Shown: piece after piece, positions 38,687 to 51,020 of the stretch
How positions within the stretch are numbered: position 1 is the first letter of the stretch
Layout: each line of letters starts with the position of its first letter
DNA from: Lepidodermella squamata
Taxonomy: Eukaryota > Animalia > Gastrotricha
DNA length: 64,000 nucleotides
NCBI GenBank assembly: GCA_047495785.1
Contig: JBLDXI010000007.1
Location: 3,720,001-3,784,000, forward strand
Reading direction: 5' to 3'
Notes under the pieces: generated by a model
Databases searched by the model: none
What the model saw: the letters and a program-made list of their open reading frames with translations, nothing else
What the model was told of the DNA's origin: nothing
Made by a program: the position numbers and the translations under genes

Positions 38687-41600
38687 TCATGCCCAAGCTG
38701 TGCGTTGCTGATAGTAAGGATTCGCGTTGTTATTGTTATTGAAGGCAGCCATCGCAGCGGCGGCGTTACGTAATTGACACGGTGCCAGACCGCCACTTGA
38801 CCCGGACGAGTTCGACGAGTTCGGGGTCGAAGTCGCGGAACCAGTTGAGCCCGATGTGTCGGGCGACGTGTTCGCCGAGTTTGACATGGAAGTCGCTGAG
38901 GGTGTCCGAGTCATGTCAAGGGTGAGACCAGCGTTAGTCGGAGCGCCGCATTGCGACCTCGCAATCGGGGGCGACAGCTCGGCGTGGGACTTGAGGGCGC
39001 AAGATTCGCCCATGAATTGGTAGCCGCGGTTCGGTAGCTGGAACCCGGCTTGAAAATTGGCCAACCAAGCGTTCGGCTCAATCGGGATCGTGAATTGACC
39101 GTCCTGAGGCGACATTTGCTGCTGTTGCTGGCAGTTGGCCTGTTTCGATAGGTCGAACGGCACGACGAATGGCGTTGATTGCGGTAGGAACGCGAATGGC
39201 GCCGATTCGTACTGAGGCGACGAGGCGAAAATTGAGGCGGACGCGCCTGAGACACTCGACATTGACCCGTTGTTACCGCTGTCGGTACCAGTTGACCCGC
39301 ACATCCCGCTGGACATGCGCATTTGCGGCTGATGTTTGATACCAGGTACAGACAAGTTGCTGCTAGACGCTGAGCTAGGCGCGCATTCCGTCAAACGATT
39401 GCGAACAATTCGGTTGATTGACGAGACTGATGGTACGGATTCTTTGGTACAAATGCCATCGGCTAGCAGGCGGTCGCGAATTTCCCAAGCGAACATTGTC
39501 GGATTTTCAGATTTCAGACGAATAATCTGGAAAAAATCAAAGAAAAATCATTAAAATATCAAAAAATCAGTTTGATCTAGTTTTGATCATTTTAGATCGA
39601 ATTCTGATCAAAATTAGTTCAATTGCGGAAGAAATTTGATCCACAGTTGATCCAATTTTGCAAAATTCAGTAAAAAAATATTTAAGGCGGATTTTTCAAC
39701 TTACAGCTTCGACGACGCTTGTTGTAGCAACTTTAGGTTTTGAACCGCCAATGACGCCGGGCTTGACTGAGCCAGTCTCGTAGAAGCGGCCGAGGATTTT
39801 CGAAACGCAGCCATGTGAAACGCGCAATTGTCGCGAAATATCGCACGGTCGAATGCCTTGTTGAGCCATTTCAACGATGCGATGGCGAACCGTATCGGGC
39901 AGCGGTCGGCCGTTGACGAAAACACCGCCCAGCTGGTTGACTCCACCGTGACCTGTCATCATAATAGCACCAGGGTGAATTAACGAGTCACCATTCATCA
40001 TACCAAGAAGTTGTTGATCATTCATTTTTTAAGGCTAAATTATTGTTGAAATTTTTGATAATTAGTTACCTAGTCGAGCGACAATCATTTTTAGTTGGGA
40101 CTCGGATACGCCTGACTGCGCCGCGTAGAACTCATTATTTTGCGAATTTTGACGCCAGGTATTGTTATCAAAGCGATTTGATGACATTATCAGCAGCGTT
40201 TGTCGTTCGAAAAAAGCGAGAAATTTTACAAGTGAAGATTCGCGAAAATGAGCTGCTAGACAAGCGCAACGAGGACGAGAGCGCGCGCGCGAACAAGGTC
40301 AACGGTGCGTATCGCTTTAATAATAATCATAATAAATTAGCGCGCGTGCGCTCGAATAAAATTCGATTGCGCGCGGCTCCCTTTGTGCCGATCGCTACCA
40401 ATTTTCGCGAACAAAAGCTGCGTCGGCGCCAGAACCTAACGAGCCGATCACGCTTGACCGTCACACACACACGCGGCTAAATTACAGCGCAGGGTGGCTA
40501 ATAAAAATAATTAGGGTGGGTGTATGATACGATTTCAAGCTGATGAGAAAATTTCAAGGCCAGGAATTTTTTCCGCGGAAAAATTCGAAAGGGATAAAAC
40601 TTTTTCAAAAGCGCAATGAAGTAGCAAATTGGCGCGGCCTTATATAGGCTCATTTACCGGTGATGTGCGCTCGATTTAGCCATCATAATCATCATCATTC
40701 AGGTGCCCCTAAGTGAGTTGTTGATGCGCGCCTTCTGTCTTGCCGCGCTCATCATCATTTGTCATCATTAATTAGCCAGCGCAGTATTGGCGATGCATGG
40801 CGATGCTGATTGGACGCGACACTTGCGGCTCGGCTAGTCCTCGAAATCGAGTTTACACGGTGCAGTTTGCGAGTTAGCAGTTGCAGAACCGAGAAATTTC
40901 GAGAATTCTGTTTACCTACGGTGATCTTCGTTTAGGACGACACAATTATCATAAATGTCAAATTAAAGAACAATTTAGTATCAATGTCTAATTTTTCTTG
41001 CTAAATTTGACAGTTCAGGTGATTTGATGACAAAAGAGGCGATGAAGTCATTTTCGACACTAAACCGAAAAAATGTTAACTAATTTTGTGACAATAAACT
41101 TCGAGATGCTTCGAGAAGACCAGCAAAAAAATTAATGTCAATTTCGAATTGTAATTTGAAATTCCACATACTAGGACGAAAAAATTGCACCTAGGAATTC
41201 CTCTCATTTGTTGAAAAGCAGTAATACGACACTAGCGCAGCGACAAATTCGCAAATGACCTAGGCTATTAATGAATTATTCTTTTAATAAATAATTAAAA
41301 AATTCAAACACATTCATTTTAAAAAATTATCAAATTTCAATCATTTTAACGATTTATTTTAAATTTTAAAATTCGCAAAATTTATTTTTTCAATATTTTC
41401 AAATTTCAAAAATTGAAAATTGTTGATTCCGCATACCTGAGGAATTTTTAGACAGCATAGCGCCTAGGATGTCTTTCGCCTCGATACTGCCCATCGATGA
41501 GTCATCATCGGACGATCGCCTCATTTTGCGCGGCGCCTCAATGAGGTCATCCTCCTCGCTGCCACTCGACGAGGCTCGCTTTAAAAACTGTTGTTGCTGC

Positions 41601-41909
41601 TGTTGGTGATGCTGCTGCAGAAACGTCATCATAGCCAGGTTGTGTTGCTGTTGCTGCTGCAGACTGATGGCCGAATTTAACTGATCATACGATGAGTTAT
41701 TCGACCGTGAATAGTCGATAGCGCCCAGCATGACCGAGTTGACAGTTGAAGTCGGGCTGGTGTTGCTGATACTGTCGTTATTGTTGTTGTTGGTATTAGT
41801 CGTAAAATTCAGCGGCGCCTGGTTGGCGGGCATGAGCAGGCCTGTCGATGGCCGGTAGGCAGCAGCAGCAGCAGTAAGAACGAGCGGCTCACCTGAGGAC
41901 GAGTGCATG
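38687..41909 (-). CDS. Pax2/5/8: Paired-box transcription factor, Pax2/5/8 class
   Basis: Paired domain [20 protein letters not shown]...[39 protein letters not shown]...[16 protein letters not shown]....[12 protein letters not shown]. Exons ~41909-41437 (phase 1), 39952-39705, 39526-38687. An alternative in-frame ATG lies at 40025. Confidence 0.9.
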
Positions 41910-44110
41910 TTGACACGTCGGCGGACGGATGGGTATAGGTATTTGCCAAATTTAAACACACACCTATTGTTGTAACGGTAAAATCATAAACAGATACTAT
42001 TAGGGTGGATACACGAAATTGTGCACGCTTTTGTCTAATTATTTAGCAAATACTGCCTCGTTACAATAGGTGAGAGGAAAAGCGAGCAGAGATACGCGCG
42101 AGTGGCGGCAAAAAATGGCAATTTTTACATATAGGATTGGCTTTAATTACTCGGCTAATAATTAAGACGCTAAAAATGATGACTCATCGCACATACAAGC
42201 TAAAATTTAACAAAAATTTCGGAATTTTCTAAATTTTTTATTGAACCTGCGTAAATGTCCCAAATTGTTAATTTGGATGGACAATTGAAATTTATAATTA
42301 ATCAATGTCGAGTTTGGCCGAATCCCCCTCAATCATTACTTATTTAGCTGCGCCTAAATTGAACTGTATCGATTTAATTCCGAAAAATTACCTAGTTTAT
42401 AAAATAACTGGAGACTGCAATGAAGCTTGAAATTTCAACTGTACGAGGTACCAGCGAAGTGATAACCCGTCTATGGTTACAACACGTAGATTTTGTGTCA
42501 CCCTGTACCTAATAGCTTATTACGCCTGCTGTTAGAGTTCAAGCGCGGTGTGTTAAAACAAAAACTGGTACCCTACTGCCGGTACTAAAAACGTAAATTT
42601 AGTACTGCGCACTGGTTATACAGGTGATAATAACCGCGACGACTCGCTAATGACTAAAACTGGTGGGAAAACTTGAAAGGGGTCGCGGCGCGTAACAAAA
42701 CTCGACCCTTGGCCGATTAACTTTTTACAAGGCGTAATCTAGCTTAATGCGCACAGATAATCTACGCTGCCGCTTTTTGCGCTAAAGTGCGCGCGAACTC
42801 TGGTGGTCACCCTTGCTACTAATAATAACTTTCAAGTGCGCGCGCTCTCGCTCTTTGCGTGCACAGGTGCGTGCGCGGCGCCTGGATGGCACCAGTCAGC
42901 TCGATCCGCGCGCGCACAAAAGATGAGCGGCGAGATTGCGCTTGTCGAGGGCCTCGGAGCTGCGTGTGAACCCAGCCAGTTCAGCATGTGCTGTCACTCT
43001 TGAAAACTGGTGTCTTTCAAAGCGTCGTTATGAAGCCAGATGGCGGTGAGAGGCGCCTCAGATAATATCTGTTGAAGAGGAGCAGAGGCCATCCTCGAGG
43101 CTGGTCGTGCCGCTGTAAATGAGCTGCAAATTCCGCTCTTGAAAACGCAAAGTTTCATCCGCGCGATAATGTCTTCAACATGATACCCGGTTTAAGCCCG
43201 CATCATCGAGATTCCATTCATAGGATCATCATCATCATCGCCTAATGATAACTGACACATTCAGCGCCAAATTATTGAATGAAATTATTGAAATATGGAC
43301 AAAGTATCGTGGAAGGTGCTTCAAATTTGTTCATCAGCAAATTAAGACAAAAAATTCAGTAAAAATAGAGTTGAAAATTGAAAAAATATTTCAGCAAAAA
43401 TGGTTGCGTTCACTAGTCAAAATTTAAAAGCTGAATTTCGGCCATTTATTCGCAAGAAATAAGCAACATTTCGCTGTTAAAATATTTTTATTTTTTTGTT
43501 TGTTTTTCGATTTGGATTCGAGCCGGTAATGTTGACAGTGAGCGTCTGCCTGCGTCCATTTTATCAATTTCCCGAAAATATGGTTTCCGATTCAGAATTT
43601 TTTTCCGCCGAGCCAAACTAAAAATAATCAAATTTTCGAATTTCTATGGGTCAATTGATGAGCGAGAATTCCAGCATGCCGAAGCGTTATCGATTATGAT
43701 TATCGATTTAAAAAATCAGTGATTTTTCCGATATCAGCATTCTTGGAAGGCAACATTGAAATCGTGTAGCATTCTTCGTATCAGGTCCTATAACAAATCC
43801 TAATGTTTTATGGTACTTCATATCGCAATTTTTTTTCACAAATTCGATAGTTTTTTTCTCCAATCTGAAACACGGCAAGGTGGCTTTCGATTCCTCGTTA
43901 AATTGGCTATAACAGCTGTAAAAGACTAATTAGCAGCTAATTAATTAAAAAAATATTGCAAAACAATCCATGAATTTATTATTCTTTTTTTCCGGGCTAT
44001 TTCATTAAACTTGATTTTATAATACTTATGCGTATCATTATTATGCCTCAAATTGTGAGTGAAGAAAAATTTATTGAACAACTTGATTTGATGCTGCTAG
44101 ATTTTTTTTA

Positions 44111-45216
44111 TCAGTTTGCCGATCGGCCGTTGAGAATGTCCTTGGCCAGCATTTGCTCCCACACGTAGAATGAGGAGGAGCCGGAGCAGATGGACTTTGA
44201 GGCGAAGACTTTCATGCAGGCGGCGAAGCGCTGGCGCTGCCGCTCGGCGTGCAGTCTACGCGCCAAATTAGCCAACACGTCGTACGCCGTGCCGTCCTGG
44301 CCCAACTCGTTGTAGGCGGCTTCAGAAGGAGAGATAAAGGAAATTAGCCAATTAAAAAGTGGTACACAACAACACGGAAAAAATTGGACAAACATGCGGA
44401 AAAATATTGAAAAAATTATTTAATTTCAATTTCAATTTTTTAATTGAATTTTAAGAGCGAAATCTATAAGTATTTCAAATATATTGTATGGAAAAATAAT
44501 TTTTCAGGCTTAGGGGAGAACGAAATTTAAATGAGAAAGAACTGAAGGGAATCTAGGTGAAAGGATAGGAAAGGAAAGGAAAGGAAAGGAAAGGAAAGGA
44601 AAGGAAAGGAAAGGAAAGGAAGGGAAAGGAAAGGAAAGGAAAGGAAAGGAAAGGAAAGGAAAGTAAAGGAAAGGAAAGGAAAGGAAAGGAAAGGAAAGGA
44701 AAGGAAAGGAAAGGAAAGGAAAGGAAAGGGGATTTTAAAATATAATTTACGGATATGAGAGGGAAGTTGGTGAAAGGAGGGTGAATGTAAAGATTAAAGA
44801 AGGGACTCCCACCGGTTAATAGGATACATTTTTTAATTTCAGGTAAAAATCGCCAAATACAGCGAGGAAAGAGCGCTATTTTCTTGTATTTTTTTCATTT
44901 TTCTTTTTGAAAAATGTTACCTACCTATAACGTTTTTCCATTGCAATTTTCGGGTATCGGCCGTTGCCTGTTCCAATTTAGGCTTTGCCGTAGTCGCAGC
45001 AGCTTCAACCGGCTCCTGAGTTGATTCCGCCGTAACAGTAGGCGGAAGCAACGTTGTAGTTTTCAGCTTGGCCGCCGCTTTTCGCAAGCTGTCAAAGTCG
45101 TATCGAGAAGCTACCAACACGGCAGGTGATTTGCCCGCGACTGAGCTCGGATTCGACGGTGAAGCTCCAAGCGCGATCTCAGCCAGCAAGAACGCAACAA
45201 ATAATCGAAAAATCAT
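44111..45216 (-). CDS. Small secreted protein / putative peptide precursor 1
   Basis: Exons 45216-44925 and 44319-44111 (phase 1). Signal peptide MIFRLFVAFLLAEIALG, S/T/A-rich spacer, and a conserved C-terminal domain shared with the neighbouring gene. Confidence 0.75.
44567..44729 (+). repeat. (GGAAA)n microsatellite in intron
   Basis: About 32 near-perfect GGAAA units. Confidence 0.95.
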
Positions 45217-45964
45217 CTTGAAATTTTAATAAAATTGAAAACTATCACGCCGCTTTTTCAAGTTTTAATGAGTCATAATTTACTTGAAATTGAAAATATA
45301 ATAGGATGAAGACAACTACTCATCACAGCATCAACTCGTATTTCGCATAGTTTAGTCACAACTATGAAACACCCTACGTGCCTCGATTTCCGGCCGCGCC
45401 TGCTGCTCAGCGGCGTAGGCGCGATGTGATGATAGATGATACCGCGCGCCTTTTTTTATTACGCGAGGTCAACAATAAAGAAACGTGTGTGCGTTTTCAT
45501 TGCGGCAAAATATGACAGCCAGTACTATACGAGAAAGAAGCAAGTTGTGGGAAACTCAAGCCTAATCGATACTGCGCTATATCACTTGAATGGCCGATCA
45601 TTTTCGGATAATTTCGATTAAATAAGAAATAATAAGAACATAAACTGTTGGCATCCACTTTTATTATTTACCAACTCGAAACGACCGATTTTTTGCCATA
45701 TTAAGTTTTAATTATCACGGCTAATTGAACAATGATGAAACAGTAAATAATTGACAACATTTTTTACAATGTGACCGGCTGATAAAATTGAAGGTAATAA
45801 ACAAAATAATATCGCTGGTACGGCAATAAAAAAACTAGCTGCGCAGAGTGAAATGATGCGCCCGCGCAAATTTGATGATTTTCTTAATTAAAAGATAATA
45901 ACAAATTTTTACATTGCTGCATTAATACTATAGATTTGACAACAGGTTAAGCGGCACGTGGCGA

Positions 45965-47501
45965 TCACTTGCGGGCAGCTGCCAGCATCGTTCGACCATC
46001 CATTATATTCTTGGCAACCATCTGAAAATTAAAAATTTAATTTTATGAAATGCGACTTTAATTTTTCTTTAATTTTTCTCAACCTTATTTTGAGTAAAAT
46101 TTCACGCATGAATAACCTCGAATTTGGACCTGAAAGGATCAAATGACTAATTGCTATAGGATTTTCTAATAATCAATTGTTGTTCATCAGCGTCGCGTTT
46201 CGGGTCGCGCTTCAGCCTTTAAACTTTCACGCACTTCCTAATATCACGATTTCCGTAAAAGGCTGAGGCAGCCACTTACAGGCTACTTAACAATATAACG
46301 GAAATTCCGGTATAAAATTCCCGTGAAAGGTTGCAATAAAAGTAGCCTCATAACTAGACTATCACTAAACCAGGCTATGAAAAATGCAAGGTAAATTTTC
46401 AATTTCACAGAGAAATAGCAAAGTTTACAAACCTGGGCCCAAATGAAGAATGCCGTGTTTTGATTGCAAATCGCCTTCGACTCGAACGTTTTCATGCACT
46501 GTTCAAGCCGCTGCCGCTGTTGCTGTTCGTGGAGCCGTCGCGCTACGATGCTCATGACATGCTGCGCCCGGCCACTCTGCTCCATTTGCTTAACAAGGGC
46601 TGTAAAAATAATCGAAAAATAAATGAGAATAAAACGAAAGAAAAAAATGGGTCCCCTACAGAGCAGCAGGCTTCAAAGCAAGATAAACTCAAAAAGCGGT
46701 GCAAACGCCACGCAACAATAAATCGAATTAATTACGACAAAATTCGGCGTAGTTTTCTGAATATGGACTCATCATAACTTTAGTAGTCCGGCTTATGAAT
46801 TTTGAAAAAATTTCGAAAAACGACTTTTTCGACCAAAGTGAGGTCTGAGTCACATTACGGAGTTTTGATGACTTATGTTCCTCAATTTTTGGTGTGAAAA
46901 GCTAGAATAGCTGACCATCATGTTAGTCCATTGGTTGAAAATCTGAGGCTGAGCCTGAGCGCCTGCTGAGAGGACTGTTTAGTGCGTTTTCCCTGCTTTG
47001 AAGCCTGCTGCTCTGTGGGGGACCCAAAAAAATCGAAAAATAATTTTGAAAATTCGAAATTTACTGGCAATTAAAATTTTACTTAAAATTCAAAATTTTA
47101 ATTTTTTCAAATATTCCACAGTCAGTTGCAATTTTTGAAAATTTCAGAGAATTTTCAAAACGAAAAATTTATCAACGTGGTTGTTTTTGAGGATTTTAAT
47201 ACTTACCCGCTATCGCATCCTGTTGTTGTTTTGCATTTCCGGTTGCTGGCTTTCTAGCGGATCGCGGACGCGCTGCTTTGGCGATTTCTTCATTTAAGCT
47301 ATTGTTAATGGTACTGCTGCTGAATTGGATATCTTCAACTGATTTCGAAGTCGGTTCGACCGAATCAGACGACGAAGCTTTGACGGGTTTAGCAGGCAAA
47401 CGGCGGAAATTACTGCTACTGGACGCAACCAGTTCTGATTTTTTGGCGGCATAGGTGCCAGCTATCAAAGCCAGCAATAAAGCGAATTGGCTCGACTTCA
47501 T
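45965..47501 (-). CDS. Small secreted protein / putative peptide precursor 2
   Basis: Exons 47501-47207, 46599-46433, 46021-45965. Signal peptide MKSSQFALLLALIAGTYA. C-terminus ARRLHEQQQRQRLEQCMKTFESKAICNQNTAFFIWAQMVAKNIMDGR. Confidence 0.75.
46648..47026. mobile_element. MITE with 33-bp TIRs in intron 1 of secreted protein 2
   Basis: tgggtcccctacagagcagcaggcttcaaagca / tgctttgaagcctgctgctctgtgggggaccca (one mismatch). Confidence 0.85.
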
Positions 47502-48399
47502 TGATAGATAATGATAAAATAGAGTATGGCTTATTAAATCAAAACCTAGAAAATGACATAAAAATTCGTCTTTCAGTCGTGTTTCGAGATCCTATTTCAA
47601 TTATGAGCCGAGGCAGATGAGCACGAGGCGAGTGCTTCATTTTTATGGGAATTATTTTCCTATATAATAATCAAGCAATAGCCGGCGGAAGTTGCAAGGG
47701 CAATGTTTGAAATTTGTTTCCCGAACAAACCGGCCTCTTGAAATTTTTAAAACGTATCAGGTGGGCTAGAGATTTAAATTAGTAAATCATGTTTTTTTTC
47801 ACTTATGTGGCTAATGACCGACCCCCTTCCCCCTCCCCCTCTCCCCTATGCCCGTGCTTAGTCGCCGCCGCAATTTCCGCCGTCAGCTGACCGTCGTTAC
47901 GGTGCGGGTACTACGACACTAGGACAATTATTTTAAATCGATCCGTGTCAAAATTTTACAAACAAAAATTAAAACATAGGTATTAGCACTGAATTGCTAA
48001 TCGTTGAAATTTCGTTGCAGTAGGTGGGTTTAATGGCTAGAATGTACCTGAAATGTCGTCACAAAAAAGGCTCTTTGGTGCATTTTTTTGGGCCTAAATA
48101 ATGGAATTAAAGCGTTTAAAAGCGCTTCATTAGTACACCCACTATTAACCAGAGAATTGGGACCCAGACTACCACTATTTTACCCAAATCACCAAGTCAG
48201 TCCTTTGCAATGTACAATTTGTACTCGTTACGTGGATTTTTAATTAAATTTCATACAATATTCTTGAAAATAGGAATTACGTTGTGCTAATTGCATGTTT
48301 GGTCCGTTTTTGCCGATAATTGTCTATTCGCCCACTCAAATTGGGGTTCCAAACCTAAATTCAAGCGTCCTGGCGCTACATTTTTCCGATTCTATGGGA

Positions 48400-50420
48400 T
48401 TTTCGGCCTTTTCTTCTCTTGATCGATGCTGGTGAATCTGGTTTTTTCTACTACTTGCATCCTAAGATATGTAGGATAATTTCAATGTTGGATTCCTAGA
48501 CGCTGTTCACTGATTTGTAAAATCGTTACTTGGAATCGATAGGATCCTAGGGAAGACTGAAATTCCAAAAACCAATAATGTTTTTACCAAAAACCAATAG
48601 TGGCGGAATCCAGAATTTAGGGTTCGATTTGATATAACGGAATTTTCGATATTATTCGCGACATGATTGAAATTTAATTTTTTTTTAAAGAATTTTCAAA
48701 GTTATTATGCTGATATTTAATGGAAATGAAACATTGACGAGCAAAAGCTGAAATAAACGTGAGAAATAAATTCAGTACAAGTGGACATAATTCACCACCA
48801 ATTGATCTTAGCGTAGAATACACCGGAGGCGTTACAGCACGACATTGCTAATTCCGTCTGCTTTTTTTTGCGCCGATCGGAAGTTGTTGCACCCGGTTGT
48901 ATGAATTAAGGGACGGAGGTGAGATGAAAGTGCAGATGATCGCAGGTCACAAAGACGACAAATAGACGTGACGGGCCCGTGTCAAAAAGATAACAAGAGA
49001 TCATTTTTTCGCAAATATAGCACGACGACGCCCATTTCCGTACTGATTGTTGCTCACACAATGGGCGATGCTTTCCCCGAAATTCCTTCAAAATGTAGAA
49101 AAGTTCAAAAATGGACAGTGGCTCTGTCAACCTAAGACGCACTGACGGCTTTTCCCGTAATCTCTAACGCAAATCAAGCAAATCAGCGTGTCCTATGTAG
49201 TTTCAAGTAGTAAGTTAAGCTTTGACCTGCGCGCTGATTGGTCAATTTATTGTTGCTATGACCCCGGGATGAAACATTTCTGTCGTGCGATCCACTAATA
49301 AATTATTTTATATTTACGTAAAAAATGACCATGCCACACCCTCTGCACGGTGTCCATGACCACGAGCGTAAACCCCATAATAATCGTAGCAATCTGAACC
49401 ACTTGCAAAAACCACTTGTTGCAAAAAGTTTCATGAATCGCACGACCTTAATGTTTCATCCGGGAGTCATAGCAACGATAGATTGACCAATCAGCGCGCG
49501 CCCAGAAATGCTACAATTTATCTCAAACACAATGTAACAAGTTACGATTCTTTGCGATCTCAGCTTTTCATTTTCTTGATCGATACTCTTGCCCCATTGA
49601 GCCTTGGATGTTTTTCATCTACCTGGCACCCCAAAGAAACTTGCAATGTCCTAGACTGCTGATTTCTGAAAAATCACTGAATTTTAAAATCGATACTTGT
49701 AATTGATAGGATCCTATAGGGATATAACTATAACTCCATAACCATATTTTGGGAAATTTATAGCCGGATCCCAGAATTTAGAGTTCGATTTGGAACACCG
49801 AAATTTACAGTATTATTCCGGACCTAAGATTAAAATTTGAAAAAAGTTAAAATTTTTAAGAATTTCTCAGAAGTTATTTAGTATTTATCGAAAATGGAAC
49901 ATTGACGAGCAAGGTGAAATAAACATGAGAAAGAAATTCAGTTCACGCGTAAAATTCGCCACCAATTGATCTTATAGCATACCTGTGACAACCGGAGGCG
50001 TTAGCACGACATTGCCGTCTGCGTTTTTTGCGCTTTTCGGAAGTTGTTAAAAACGTATTTTCAATTGATTACTTGTCTGAGCTGACCTCTGCTATGGGCG
50101 CTATGGCTCCTTAAATAAAATAAAAAGCAGAACGCCCGGTTGTATGAGACAAGGACGTCTGAGTTGAATCGTAAAGACGAAAGATCGAAAGGTGCAGACA
50201 GCAAACGCCATATTTGCGCAAATATATTACGGCGCAGTAAACAGGGCGCGCATTCCGTGTGGAAACTCGTACTGATTGTTGCCCCCACGCAATGATAAAA
50301 TCTGTGCCCAAAAAATTCATTAAAAAATAGTATAAAATACACTTGAAAAGTTCAAAACTGGACAGCGGCCATGTTTACCACGGAATGACGGCCTTTTCTG
50401 CAACGCAAATCAAGCAAATC
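48400..50420 (+). repeat. Diverged tandem duplication (~48400-49185 vs ~49570-50420) separated by a MITE
   Basis: Shared blocks such as aacattgacgagcaa..tgaaataaac.tgagaaa.aaattcagt, caccaattgatctta, ccggaggcgtta, cgtactgattgttgc, aaagttcaaaa.tggacag and aacgcaaatcaagcaaatcagc. Confidence 0.8.
49229..49500. mobile_element. MITE-like element (copy 2 of the 9190-9431 family, inverted)
   Basis: gcgcgctgattggtcaat...gatgaaaca / tgtttcatccgggagtcatagcaac...ttgaccaatcagcgcgc. The interior is the reverse complement of the copy-1 interior. Confidence 0.75.
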
Positions 50421-51020
50421 AGCCGGCAGTTCACGCCTGAATCGGTACCGTGGGTCAAAAACGCCTCCGCTGAAACAAAAATTGGATCGAATAAGACACG
50501 CCTTATATCATTCATCATGAGATTTTTATTTCATTTTTCTTCAAGAAGATGTCTCATTGCGATCAGAAAATTTATTCGTACTCTCAATATTTTTCATGAA
50601 AAAAGATAACAAGGTAGAAGAAGAAGAAGAAGATGAAGAAGGCATGTGTCAATTTTTAGATGTCCAAGCCGCCTCGCAGTCGCAAAAAAACACAGCGTAG
50701 TGTAAATATACGATAATATAATAAATTCATCTCATATTTTTTCCATTCATAAATTAAAATTTATTTTATCAATAATTTATTTATATACACAAAAAACTCA
50801 ATTCAGTGGCCATGCTTGAGATTGCAAATATAAATCCAATTTTTCGCACGAACAAAAATTACTGTCTCAGATTTCCAATTTCCCGCGGACATTTTTCAGC
50901 GCAGATAAACAAAAACAAGCAAAAAAATGGTAGTTTCGACGCAGATAAAAAAATGATAAAAATTTCAAAATTTGAAAAATTAATTTTAAATTTTGAAAAT
51001 TAAAATTTTTTTTTCATCTG

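Noticed and set aside
42990-43240. Coding-looking stretch upstream of Pax
   Set aside because: Only short frames with no homology I can recognise and no convincing splice linkage.
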